Assembly: GCA_963976795.1 (NCBI GenBank)
Contig: CAXBLT010000006.1
Coordinates: forward strand, 81,791-145,790
Length of the DNA: 64,000 nucleotides
DNA from: an uncultured Gammaproteobacteria bacterium
GTDB lineage: Bacteria > Pseudomonadota > Gammaproteobacteria > Eutrophobiales > Eutrophobiaceae
Direction: 5' to 3'
Position 1 is the stretch's first letter. Each line of letters opens with the position of its first letter. The notes under the pieces were generated by a model that had not been told where the DNA came from, did not search any database, and worked only from the letters and a program-made list of their open reading frames with translations. The position numbers and the translations under genes were made by a program. Shown piece after piece: positions 8,453-17,967 of the stretch.

Positions 8453-9316
8453 TTAACCCAGCGTGCCTGACAAGGTCATGATACCTAATATGGCAAGCCA
8501 AATAATCAAGGTTCGATTAAGCAATCCTTTAAGCTCATCTATCCAATAAGCCTTTTCTCTGTCAGGTACGTCAATGTCTGTTCTGTATTGTAAGGCCCCT
8601 ATTCCAGCATCTATCAGGACTTGATTATTCACTTCAATGGAAAGATGTTCTGATTTACTCCAACCTGGCATGGCATCAACCAAATGTCCTCCAAGGGCAA
8701 GTCCGAGCACCATTGCCCTTGATGAAGGCCATTCGAGAATGTTGATTAAAATAGATGAACTGTCAGCAAAACCACTGCGTATCTCGCTGAACTCATTATT
8801 TATCTCATCAACCACTCGATAAAGTAATGCGCCAACAGGGCCCAGAATTAAAAACCAGAAAATAACGGAAAATGTACGTTTATGTGATTCCACCAGACTA
8901 GATTTAATGATCGCGATTTCGTTAGAATCATTTTCGCTGAGCAATGTTTCATCGATTAAACCTTCTGCCAATTCAGTCACCGCATCAACCTTACCCTCAT
9001 CTACTGCGGTAATATATTCATCAAGACGGTTATCCAGATCTTCCGGGGCAAGACAATAAATCAATACGATAAGAGAGATAACTATCTCTACTATCCATGA
9101 CAGTGAACAGGCAAGGCATAACACGATAATGAGCCCAGATAGCGCAATAGCTAAGACAAGTAATAAGCCGCATGTCCCATCCCAGAACTTATATTGCGCC
9201 AACCGTTTCTCTAAGCTGTAATACAACGAAACACACCAGTTAAAATTACGATGGCGCTCTAACCCACCCAGAAAAAAATCCAGGCTCAAGGCAATAAGAA
9301 TAACGATTAATGTCAT
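8453..9316 (-). CDS. ampE: AmpE-like inner-membrane protein (beta-lactamase induction signal transducer).
   Basis: 287-aa polytopic membrane protein. N-terminus 'MTLIVILIALSLDFFLGG...' resembles E. coli AmpE. It overlaps ampD by 4 bp (the ampDE operon arrangement). Confidence 0.7.
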   Translation of the reverse strand: MTLIVILIALSLDFFLGGLERHRNFNWCVSLYYSLEKRLAQYKFWDGTCGLLLVLAIALSGLIIVLCLACSLSWIVEIVISLIVLIYCLAPEDLDNRLDEYITAVDEGKVDAVTELAEGLIDETLLSENDSNEIAIIKSSLVESHKRTFSVIFWFLILGPVGALLYRVVDEINNEFSEIRSGFADSSSILINILEWPSSRAMVLGLALGGHLVDAMPGWSKSEHLSIEVNNQVLIDAGIGALQYRTDIDVPDREKAYWIDELKGLLNRTLIIWLAILGIMTLSGTLG

Positions 9317-9885
9317 AGTGTTAGTAAAGAGTAGTAGTAGTTCTTGTCAAAAGCCACCCCAGGATCAGTCTTCCGACCAGGCGCAATATCACTATGACCA
9401 ACAATACGATCTTTTGTGATCTTGTTCCAGCGCTGACAAATCAAGTCCGTTACCATTGCCAGAGTAGTGTATTGAATTTCACAATAAGCTTCTTCATCAC
9501 AACCTTCAAGCTCGATACCAATAGCAAAATCATTGCATTGCTCACGCCCGTTAAAAGATGATTCCCCAGCGTGCCACGCACGTTTTATAAATGGAACATA
9601 TTGTGTTATCTCCCCTTCTCGGTCGATGAGTAAATGGGATGACACGCGTAACGCATGTATCTCGCCAAAATAAGGGTGTGCGTCAGGCATTAATGTATTA
9701 GTAAATAACTGGTCAATAAATCCACCGCCATACTCTTTGGGCGGCAAGCTTATCCCGTGAATCACTAAAAGATCGATGTCCGATAAATCAGGTCGTTCGT
9801 CACAATTCGGCGATTGAACAATACGTACGCCAGACAACCATGCACCATCTGCATCTATCTGATAATTCACTCTATTCAATTTCAA
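9313..9885 (-). CDS. ampD: 1,6-anhydro-N-acetylmuramyl-L-alanine amidase AmpD.
   Basis: Amidase_2 motifs 'LLVIHGISLP', 'SHLLIDREGEITQYV', 'AWHAGES' and 'GHSDIAPGRKTDPG'. Length is 190 aa. Confidence 0.9.
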   Translation of the reverse strand: MKLNRVNYQIDADGAWLSGVRIVQSPNCDERPDLSDIDLLVIHGISLPPKEYGGGFIDQLFTNTLMPDAHPYFGEIHALRVSSHLLIDREGEITQYVPFIKRAWHAGESSFNGREQCNDFAIGIELEGCDEEAYCEIQYTTLAMVTDLICQRWNKITKDRIVGHSDIAPGRKTDPGVAFDKNYYYSLLTL

Positions 9886-9956
9886 TACCTGTTTTGGCCT
9901 GTTAAGCTGATACCTTAAAATAACATAACCGTGACGAATCTAAAGAGAGAATTTTA

Positions 9957-10718
9957 ATGTGCCGATTAGCCGCTTATCTTGGTACTGAGATATCCCTAGC
10001 CGTATTTTTGCAAGAACATGAGCATAGCCTTGTTCAGCAATCATGGGCGCCAAAAGAAATGCAAGGCGGCATTTTAAATGCAGATGGCTACGGTGTCGCA
10101 TGGCTGACAAACAATATTCCCAGTAGCTATAAAAACGTCTTGCCTATCTGGTCTGATATAAATTTGGATAGTCTAGGTCGCTCTCTTAGTAGTCAATTAT
10201 GGCTGGCAAATGTACGCAGTGCTACAACAGGTCAGGGCGTTAGTGAGGCGAATACTCAACCTTTTATAAAAGATAATCTGATTTTTACCCATAACGGTAG
10301 CCTGAAACCATTTGATAAAAATATTAAGGCACGTTTTCTCGATTTATTGCCAAATACAATCAGTGCAGAAATTACGGGTGATTCAGATTCATTGTATTTA
10401 TTCGCTTTGTTACAGCATCACCTACAAAATCAAGATTCATTATCCAATGCCATAATTTCAACAATGAATGATTTAAAGTCGATATGTAGTGACACCGTCT
10501 CGGCACTATTAAATACCGTCATCAGTAACGGGGACTCACTATATGCCTGTCGACATGCATTGAATGGAAACTGTCCCAGTCTTTATTATCTTTACAAAGA
10601 AAATAATGTTTGGCTAGCATCGGAACCTCTCTCTCCAAATGAGACATGGAACACTTTCCCTGAGCATAGCTTTATGCGTTTTGATCATTCTGGAGTGATT
10701 GAAGATTACAAATTATGA
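9957..10718 (+). CDS. egtC: Class-II (Ntn) glutamine amidotransferase, EgtC-like amidohydrolase.
   Basis: Starts 'MCRLAAYLG' with the catalytic Cys2. Conserved 'LVQQSWAP', 'ILNADGYG', 'RSATTG' and 'HNG' match mycobacterial EgtC. It overlaps the next gene by ATGA. Confidence 0.7.
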   Translation: MCRLAAYLGTEISLAVFLQEHEHSLVQQSWAPKEMQGGILNADGYGVAWLTNNIPSSYKNVLPIWSDINLDSLGRSLSSQLWLANVRSATTGQGVSEANTQPFIKDNLIFTHNGSLKPFDKNIKARFLDLLPNTISAEITGDSDSLYLFALLQHHLQNQDSLSNAIISTMNDLKSICSDTVSALLNTVISNGDSLYACRHALNGNCPSLYYLYKENNVWLASEPLSPNETWNTFPEHSFMRFDHSGVIEDYKL

Positions 10719-11869
10719 AGGAATTAATTGCGACGTTTCGCTTATTACAAAACGAAACTCTTGATATTGTCAGTGCCCTCCCGAAAACACATTATCATAA
10801 ACAGTTTCACCCCGACTTAAGTCCGATTGGATGGCACCTTGGGCACTGTGTTTTCACAGAAAGCTATTGGATAAAAGAACAGTTACTCGAAAAAAAAATA
10901 CTCGGCGACTCATTAAAATCACTTTACGTACCTGAATTAAGTGTCAAACAATCCCGCGCCGCAGCGTTACCTGATAAAAAAAGCATGCTTGCATGGGCTA
11001 AAGAGACACAAGTAGAAAACGTTAGCTTGCTTGAATTAGCAACGACACAATTAAGCTCTCATGAGTTATTAAAAAATGATTATTTAATTCATTTTTTAAT
11101 CCAACACTATTCACAACACATTGAAACCATGATGATGGTGCTAACGACAATGCAGATTCAGCGTGGGCACACTGAATTCACGCCATCTCAAGCCCTGGAA
11201 TCTAGTCAACTACAAAAAGAATTTACTACGATTGTATCCAGCACCTACAATATTGGTAACGTAGAAAGCAATGTTCCTTATGATAATGAACACCCGGTTC
11301 ACGACGTAGATTTGAGTAGCTACAATATAGCGCGTTATCCAGTATCAAATGGTGAGTACTTAAGTTTTATGAGTTCAGGGGCTTACTCAACTAAAGAATT
11401 TTGGTCCGAAGCAGGCTGGGAATGGAACATCAATCACAATTCGGCTCACCCATACCATTGGCAAAAACATAAAAACGGGATTTGGTATGGTATCGATCAT
11501 CAAGGACCATTCCCTTTGAAAGAGGCTCATCCCGTACACGGGTTAAACCAGTTTGAAGCAGCGGCCTATGCGAAATGGGCTGGAGCCAGGTTACCGCATG
11601 AATATGAATGGGAGGCAGCGGCTAAAAACCATCTATTACAACAAACCGGATTAGTATGGGAGTGGTGTAATAATCAGTTTCATCCTTATGATGGTTTTTT
11701 GCCTTACCCTTACGCAACTTATTCCGCACCCTACTTTGATGAGCAACATTATGTATTAAAGGGTGGGAGTCGATATACAAAAGAACACATCAAACGGGCA
11801 AGTTTTCGAAATTATTATCAGGCTGACAAACGTCATATTTTTTCAGGTTGTCGATTAGTTTACGATTGA
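10715..11869 (+). CDS. egtB: EgtB/OvoA-type sulfoxide synthase-like protein (N-terminal DinB_2 domain plus C-terminal FGE-sulfatase domain).
   Basis: DinB_2 motif 'GWHLGHCVFTESYW' and His-rich 'HYSQHIETM' form the putative iron facial triad. The C-terminal FGE-like part has 'SNGEYLSFM', 'WEWEAAA' and 'VWEWCNN'. Length is 384 aa, shorter than typical EgtB (about 430 aa). Confidence 0.65.
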   Translation: MKELIATFRLLQNETLDIVSALPKTHYHKQFHPDLSPIGWHLGHCVFTESYWIKEQLLEKKILGDSLKSLYVPELSVKQSRAAALPDKKSMLAWAKETQVENVSLLELATTQLSSHELLKNDYLIHFLIQHYSQHIETMMMVLTTMQIQRGHTEFTPSQALESSQLQKEFTTIVSSTYNIGNVESNVPYDNEHPVHDVDLSSYNIARYPVSNGEYLSFMSSGAYSTKEFWSEAGWEWNINHNSAHPYHWQKHKNGIWYGIDHQGPFPLKEAHPVHGLNQFEAAAYAKWAGARLPHEYEWEAAAKNHLLQQTGLVWEWCNNQFHPYDGFLPYPYATYSAPYFDEQHYVLKGGSRYTKEHIKRASFRNYYQADKRHIFSGCRLVYD

Positions 11870-11923
11870 CACACCCCAATATTAGTTGCCTCAGGCTTCT
11901 CAGCAACGGCTCAATAGGCATAT

Positions 11924-12394
11924 CTACTCAGATGCTGACTCGAGTAATTTGACGAGTTTCTTATTTTTTGTTTTTTCAGCCATCGTGATTGCTGTCTTTT
12001 CTTTTTTATCAGCGAGAGTCGCATCCGCTCCGGCGTTTAATAATACTTCAACAATCTCAAATCGCTTACTGGCGATGGCTAGCATTAATGCCGTCTTGCC
12101 CTGTTCATCGGCAAGATTCACATCGACACCTTCAACAACAAGTTCCCGAACAATGCTTCTATTACCATTATAGGCAGCACTCATTAACGCCGTGCGTCCT
12201 GATTTATTTTTGGCATTGACATTATAACCATTCGACAACATCGATTTGATCTGACTTAAATGCCCTTCTTTAGCCGCTGTGTAGAATTTTAATTCATTGG
12301 TTTCATCAGCAGCGGATCCTTCCTCAGCAAATACACCCGTCAGAAAAAAACAGAATGTAAAGATAATAAAAAAACAGTGCGTCAATCTATGCAT
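11924..12394 (-). CDS. Secreted ankyrin-repeat protein.
   Basis: Signal peptide 'MHRLTHCFFIIFTFCFFLTGVFA'. At least three ankyrin repeats follow (GHLSQIKSMLSNGYNVNAKNKSGRTALMSAAYNGNRSIV / VVEGVDVNLADEQGKTALMLAIASKRFEIV / LLNAGADATLADKKEKTAITMA). Confidence 0.8.
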   Translation of the reverse strand: MHRLTHCFFIIFTFCFFLTGVFAEEGSAADETNELKFYTAAKEGHLSQIKSMLSNGYNVNAKNKSGRTALMSAAYNGNRSIVRELVVEGVDVNLADEQGKTALMLAIASKRFEIVEVLLNAGADATLADKKEKTAITMAEKTKNKKLVKLLESASE

Positions 12395-12465
12395 ATCAAT
12401 AAGCCATCGTTTTAATGTATTGTTTCTATAGAGCTGATATCGGCATTTATGACAAAATCTGAAGT

Positions 12466-12981
12466 ATGAATGAAGACAATTTTCAAAAACGCCTTGGCAG
12501 AGGCATGACCGTTTTAGGCTGGATCGTCGTTCTCGGTATTTTATCAGTCTATTTTTCCCGGTTTCTCGACCAACAAAATAACCCGAACGAAGTCTTATCC
12601 TCTACACAAACGCATGACTACACACAAGTTCAGTTACAACGAAATCGCTACGGCCACTATGTCGCTAGCGGCATGATCAATAACACTGAGGTTGTATTCA
12701 TACTTGATACAGGAGCAACAGACATCAGTGTTCCTGAAAAGATCGCCAAAAAATTAAGACTAAAACCCGGAATAAAAATACCTGTGCATACCGCTAATGG
12801 TCAGATCGATGTTTATGCTTCGACATTAAATAGTGTCAGCCTCGGTAAAATAGAGCTACACAATATCAGCGCCAACATTAATCCCTATATGCAAGGTGAA
12901 GAGGTGCTGCTAGGCATGAGTTTTTTAAAACATCTCGACTTCTCTCAGCAAGGGGATCAGCTACTCATTCGACAATATTGA
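12466..12981 (+). CDS. Retropepsin-like (clan AA, TIGR02281-type) aspartic protease with an N-terminal membrane anchor.
   Basis: One N-terminal TM helix. Catalytic-site-like 'FILDTGATDISVP' (D-T/S-G) and 'LLGMSFLKHL' are typical of the bacterial retropepsin-like family. Confidence 0.6.
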   Translation: MNEDNFQKRLGRGMTVLGWIVVLGILSVYFSRFLDQQNNPNEVLSSTQTHDYTQVQLQRNRYGHYVASGMINNTEVVFILDTGATDISVPEKIAKKLRLKPGIKIPVHTANGQIDVYASTLNSVSLGKIELHNISANINPYMQGEEVLLGMSFLKHLDFSQQGDQLLIRQY

Positions 12982-13051
12982 GTGATAACGATTAAACTAT
13001 CCTCTTTTCAATCAAAGCCTTAAGCAAGCAAACTGGCACTAGGACGGCTAT

Positions 13052-14428
13052 ATGCCCTGGTTACAAGATAAGTTAAACCTTTTAAGCAGCATCATCTGGG
13101 GAGAGTACTTGCTCATTCCTCTGCTCGCTATCGTAGGGATCTACCTGACGATTGGGCTACGTGCCATGCCTTGGCGAAAAATACCTCTCGCATTTCAAAC
13201 CCTGTGGCAAGGCCGAAAGGAGTCCTCTCAAAACAAAGGTGATATCAGCCCGTTTCAGGCCTTAATGACAGCCCTATCGGCAACTGTTGGCACCGGCAAT
13301 ATTGCCGGTGTTGCCACAGCAATTTATTTCGGAGGACCTGGCGCAATCTTCTGGATGTGGGTCATTGCTATTTTCGGTATGGCAACAAAATACGCCGAAG
13401 CAGTGCTTGCCGTGAGCTATAGAGAGACTGATGCACTTGGCAACTACGTTGGCGGTCCAATGTATTATATACGTAACGGCTTGGGGGATAATTGGCGCTG
13501 GATGGCTGCCTCATTCGCTTTTTTTGCCATGATTGCTGCATTTGGTATTGGCAATATGGTTCAATCCAATTCTGTAGCAGACGAGATTCATTCAAGCTTC
13601 AATATTCCCACTTGGCTTACTGGCGCTGTGATATCTGTACTCGCCTCCTTAGTCATTATTGGCGGAGTAAAACGTATCGCACAGGTTGCCTCAAAACTGG
13701 TTCCTTTTATGGCGGCGATTTATATTCTTGCTGCGTTAGTGATCATCCTCCTTAATATAGAAAAGTTACCTGCGGCTTTTTTACTCATTATTGAAAGCGC
13801 GTTCACAGGCTCTGCCGCAAGTGGTGGTTTTCTTGGTGCATCAATCTGGATGGCCATACGTTGGGGTTTTGCCAGAGGTATTTTCTCAAATGAAGCTGGC
13901 CTGGGTAGTGCTCCTATTGCTCATGCAGCAGCTCAAACGACTGATCCGGTAAAACAAGGCATGGTCGCCATGTTGGGTACCTTTATTGATACCCTTATCC
14001 TCTGTAGCCTGACGGCATTCGTCATCATTATTACCGGGGCATGGGATAGCGGCTTACAAGGCGCGCCTATGTCATCACGTGCGTTTTCAATCGGGCTATA
14101 TGGCTATGGCGGTTATATCGTTAGTTTTGGACTGGTTTTATTCGCCTTCTCAACCATACTCGGATGGAGTTATTACGGTGAACGATGTGCCAGTTACCTC
14201 TTTGGCACAAAGATTATTATTTATTATCGAATAGTGTGGATTATAGCTATCTTCATCGGCGCTGTAGTAAAACTGGAATTAGTCTGGGCATTTGCAGATG
14301 TACTCAACGGGTTGATGGCATTACCTAACCTTATCGCCTTGCTACTACTTAGCCCCATTGTCTTTAGCAAAACACGGCAATACTTTAACAATAAAAATTC
14401 AACATGGTCATTAACCAGAAAGATATAA
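13052..14428 (+). CDS. Alanine/glycine:cation symporter (AGCS family).
   Basis: 458-aa polytopic protein. 'FQALMTALSATVGTGNIAGVATAIYFGGPGAIFWMW' matches the AGCS signature region. Confidence 0.85.
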   Translation: MPWLQDKLNLLSSIIWGEYLLIPLLAIVGIYLTIGLRAMPWRKIPLAFQTLWQGRKESSQNKGDISPFQALMTALSATVGTGNIAGVATAIYFGGPGAIFWMWVIAIFGMATKYAEAVLAVSYRETDALGNYVGGPMYYIRNGLGDNWRWMAASFAFFAMIAAFGIGNMVQSNSVADEIHSSFNIPTWLTGAVISVLASLVIIGGVKRIAQVASKLVPFMAAIYILAALVIILLNIEKLPAAFLLIIESAFTGSAASGGFLGASIWMAIRWGFARGIFSNEAGLGSAPIAHAAAQTTDPVKQGMVAMLGTFIDTLILCSLTAFVIIITGAWDSGLQGAPMSSRAFSIGLYGYGGYIVSFGLVLFAFSTILGWSYYGERCASYLFGTKIIIYYRIVWIIAIFIGAVVKLELVWAFADVLNGLMALPNLIALLLLSPIVFSKTRQYFNNKNSTWSLTRKI

Positions 14429-15231
14429 GTGCAAATGTTAAATCGGCATTAGCCGAAGATGTGGGTGATGGTGATGTAACTGCGGAGTTGATCCCGGAAA
14501 CTGCCATGGCATCAGCAACATTAATTACTCGCGAACATGCCATCGTCGCCGGGTGCCAGTGGTTTGATGAAGTATTTAATCAGTTGGCTCCTGCTACATC
14601 GATAAATTGGCAGATTGCAGATGGTGATGCCGTCGTACCAGAACAAATACTATGTACTATCGAAGGTTCAGCTCGATCGCTGTTGACTGGCGAGCGTACT
14701 GCCATTAATTTTTTACAAACACTCTCTGCGACGGCAACAACCGTTGCCAGTTTTGTCGACATCATAAAAGATACCCATACGAAAATATTAGATACTCGCA
14801 AAACTATTCCCGGTTTACGGCTTGCTCAAAAATATGCGGTCGCATGCGGCGGCGGGACTAATCATCGTATCGGTCTTTTTGACGCCATCCTTATCAAAGA
14901 AAATCACATAATGGCAGCGGGTAGCATTACGCAAGCAGTTACACAAGCCAAAGCAAAGAATCTACCTGTGGAAGTAGAAGTTGAATCTTTATCTGAGCTG
15001 GAAGAGGCATTAGAAGCAAAAGCAGATCAAATATTATTGGATAACTTTGATCTGGCATTACTAGAAAAAGCGGTCAATATCAATCAGGGTCGAGCCAAGC
15101 TCGAAGCCTCCGGCAATATTAGCAAAGACGATTTATATGCTATTGCGAAAACCGGTGTTGACTACATCTCTATTGGCGCATTAACCAAACACATTCGGGC
15201 AATTGATTTTTCCATGCGCATTAATCTATAG
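14404..15231 (+). CDS. nadC: Nicotinate-nucleotide diphosphorylase (carboxylating), i.e. quinolinate phosphoribosyltransferase.
   Basis: 'TRKTIPGLRLAQKYAVACGGGTNHRIGLFDAILIKENHI' is the conserved QPRTase core. Length is 275 aa. Synteny with ampDE matches E. coli. Confidence 0.9.
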   Translation: MVINQKDISANVKSALAEDVGDGDVTAELIPETAMASATLITREHAIVAGCQWFDEVFNQLAPATSINWQIADGDAVVPEQILCTIEGSARSLLTGERTAINFLQTLSATATTVASFVDIIKDTHTKILDTRKTIPGLRLAQKYAVACGGGTNHRIGLFDAILIKENHIMAAGSITQAVTQAKAKNLPVEVEVESLSELEEALEAKADQILLDNFDLALLEKAVNINQGRAKLEASGNISKDDLYAIAKTGVDYISIGALTKHIRAIDFSMRINL

Positions 15232-16026
15232 ACCAATACACATGGGAATAATGATTATTAGAGTTTGCTCTTGACCAAACCTTCATGTCTTTTTCACCTA
15301 TCGTAAAATTTACCACCCGCTAATAAAAGCTGCGTCCATAACACCAGAAAGAGGCGCATCACCATCACGCTACCTGACGTTGAAACCTTGCTCATCAAAC
15401 CTTCCAAAAATACTTGAACCACGGTATCTTTAATCTTAACCTACCCCGGAATTTTAAAAAAAACAGCGGCTAATATGACTAAAGCACAAAAACCGGTAAA
15501 TTTTAGCAATCGCTGCCCTCAATCGAACCCTCTTAAATTTGAGCAATCCCCTGTAACTTGAGTAATACCCGGTTGTCGCATGATCCAGCATCGGTTAACT
15601 TATGCGCTTTTTAAATGGGCCTTCGTAGGGGAATGAACCCACTATCTATGTATGTGCTTGATTACATAGGTACAGCCGTTGCTTATGATGACAAGGCTAA
15701 ACATGTTATCGGAGACGGTAACGTCTCTCCAAAGAATGCCGCACCTCTGCTTGAAGGAAAAAAAACAGTAGCGTTAAGATGCAAACGTGCCAATACTCAT
15801 AGGCGTTGATGGTACAGATTATAGAGGGCAAGAACGCTATGGAAAAATAATTTGGGGCGCAATAGGATTTGGTACGTTAAAATTAACATTACAATGAGCA
15901 TGTATTGCAAAACTATTCGAGAACAATAATCAAGTATTTGATGCAGAAAAAATCTTTAGTCTTGCTAAAACAATGGTATAGCTTAATATTCAACCGCTAA
16001 TTAAGCGTAATAATAACAACGTATAA

Positions 16027-17205
16027 ATGAGTACGAACTTGAAATACCCTAATAAAGACACAAAATCATGGCTGAATAAGCACACGATCCTCTTTTTTTT
16101 ATTTTTTCTCTGTTCAACGACAGTTTTTGCTGCAAGTTATGAGGAAGGCAAGCAGGCTTATCTGAAGAAAAACTATGCACTAGCACTTGAGATCCTCAAG
16201 CCTCTGGCAGAACAAGGTGACTCACAGGCCCAAATCACTATGGGCCTAATGTATGACTATGGTCATGGCGTAGAAAAAAGCCCCGCTGAATCGATAAAAT
16301 GGTATCTCATGGCGGCTGAGCAGGGTGTGCCTCTGGTACAGCATGATATTGGAGTAAAATACTTTCAGGGACAGGGTGTAGAACAAAATTACCTTGAGGC
16401 TGCCAAGTGGTGGGAACAATCGGCTAATTCTGGTATTGCTGACTCTCAATTCAACCTTGGCTTAATGTACTATCGCGGGATCGGCATTCCAAAGGATTAT
16501 GTAAAAGCAGCAAAGTTATTCGAGGATGCAGCCGAACAAGGGCATGGCAACGCACAATATAGTCTGGCCGTTATGTACGCCTTTGGTCAGAGTAAAACCA
16601 AGAACTATGCCACAGCCTTAAAATGGTTCAACAAATCTGCGGAGCAAGATATTGCTCAGGCTCAGTTCAACCTTGGGGTATTCCATGAAAATGGATATGG
16701 CGTAGAGAAAGATAACGTCGAAGCAAGAAGATGGTATCAGCTCGCCGCGGATCAAGGCTTAGAGGAAGCAAAGCAGAAGTTGAAAGGACTTGATAATAGC
16801 AAAACAATGGTTGTAACAAATTCCGAAAATCTTAAAAAGCCTGGTAAGACGGAAACGACGTCTGATCCTGGTAACTCAGTCTCAGTAGCTGCGCCTGCCT
16901 CTTCTGAAAACAACTTGAATCTGAGCGATTGGCTAAGGCTACAAGCTACGGATAATTACACGCTACAACTAGGTAGCGTCATTAATGAAAATGATATTAT
17001 TAACTATATAAAAAGGTCAGGTCTTGGTTCAAAGGCAGGATATATTGTCGTCAGTGTGAATGGCGTAACTCGGTACACGGCTATATATGGGCTTTATGAT
17101 AGTTATGCCAACGCAGAAGCTGCCGTCAGCGAACTCCCTTTACCCATTCAGAAGTCTAAACCTTGGGTCCGGAACACGGGCATACTGCAAGGTCTATTAC
17201 TATAA
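16027..17205 (+). CDS. Sel1-repeat (TPR-like) protein with a C-terminal SPOR peptidoglycan-binding domain; a signal or anchor peptide is present.
   Basis: Multiple Sel1 units (e.g. 'AQITMGLMYDYGHGVEKSPAESIKWYLMAAEQG', 'SQFNLGLMYYRGIGIPKDYVKAAKLFEDAAEQG'). C-terminal 'YTLQLGSVINENDIINYIKRSG...YIVVSVNGVTRYTAIYGLYDSYANAEAAVSELP' resembles the SPOR domain of DamX/FtsN-type proteins. Confidence 0.8.
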   Translation: MSTNLKYPNKDTKSWLNKHTILFFLFFLCSTTVFAASYEEGKQAYLKKNYALALEILKPLAEQGDSQAQITMGLMYDYGHGVEKSPAESIKWYLMAAEQGVPLVQHDIGVKYFQGQGVEQNYLEAAKWWEQSANSGIADSQFNLGLMYYRGIGIPKDYVKAAKLFEDAAEQGHGNAQYSLAVMYAFGQSKTKNYATALKWFNKSAEQDIAQAQFNLGVFHENGYGVEKDNVEARRWYQLAADQGLEEAKQKLKGLDNSKTMVVTNSENLKKPGKTETTSDPGNSVSVAAPASSENNLNLSDWLRLQATDNYTLQLGSVINENDIINYIKRSGLGSKAGYIVVSVNGVTRYTAIYGLYDSYANAEAAVSELPLPIQKSKPWVRNTGILQGLLL

Positions 17206-17228
17206 TAGTACCGCGGGGATAAAAAATT

Positions 17229-17957
17229 GTGGCCTCGTTTAAAGAAATTCTAAATTCAAACGAAGAAGAACTGCTTCAGCTTCTTTATAAATTCAATATC
17301 TCGACTGAAAGCAGCGAAGATAAAGCTGAAGCTATCGGAATGAAATTAAAATTACGCGAAGCTCAATTAATCTGTGCGATTGGTTTTAATGAATCAACCA
17401 GAAATTTGCCTGAAATACCTCCTATCCTTGGATTTGATAATTATGATGCTTTATTGAATTCTCGGAACGAATTCTTTACAACAGACATCTACAAATTAGT
17501 AAGTTTAGACAACATCCTTTCTATATACTCAGTCGTAAAAAATGATGGCGCAAGTAAACAAATTCTAGAATACTTGTTATCAAACCGACTTAAGTCAATT
17601 GAAAAACGAATCGATGAAACAGTAAACTCATTGATTATAGATAAATATAAAGAAGAAATGCGTGCCATTTATTCCGATGGCATTGTCGGTATTGATTTTG
17701 CAGAAAATCGACTTGAGCAGTCAGATAGTGGCTTTCGTGCCTTATTAAACGAAGTCACATTGATCGTTGAAAACAAGATTATTCCTATTGGTGAGTTATT
17801 TTTCCGAGATTCCATTTTGCCGCAAGAGAAGAGAAAACTACTCAATAAAGGCCTAATTCCAAGACCTTTAATCGAGGCACGCCTCGAAGATCCAAATATT
17901 TCGGATGTCGAGAAAAAGATCCTTTATGATTACATGAAACTACACCGTGAGAGCTAA
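17229..17957 (+). CDS. Hypothetical cytoplasmic protein, paralog A of a tandem pair (GTG start).
   Basis: 242 aa with no signal peptide. It is clearly homologous to the next ORF (MASFKEILNSNEEELLQLLYKFN.../MISFTELLTASDDELVRIFYKTN...; 'LICAIGFNESTRNLPEI' vs 'LVCALGFNKHIRELTDI'; 'NEFFTTDIYKLVSLDNILSIYS' vs 'NELFTTDTYTQLPIDNILDIYS'). No recognisable family. Confidence 0.7.
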   Translation: MASFKEILNSNEEELLQLLYKFNISTESSEDKAEAIGMKLKLREAQLICAIGFNESTRNLPEIPPILGFDNYDALLNSRNEFFTTDIYKLVSLDNILSIYSVVKNDGASKQILEYLLSNRLKSIEKRIDETVNSLIIDKYKEEMRAIYSDGIVGIDFAENRLEQSDSGFRALLNEVTLIVENKIIPIGELFFRDSILPQEKRKLLNKGLIPRPLIEARLEDPNISDVEKKILYDYMKLHRES

Positions 17958-17967
17958 TTAAACCACT

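Noticed and set aside
15615-15809. 64-aa ORF in the nadC-downstream gap.
   Set aside because: It has no RBS and no recognisable motifs. It is probably spurious.
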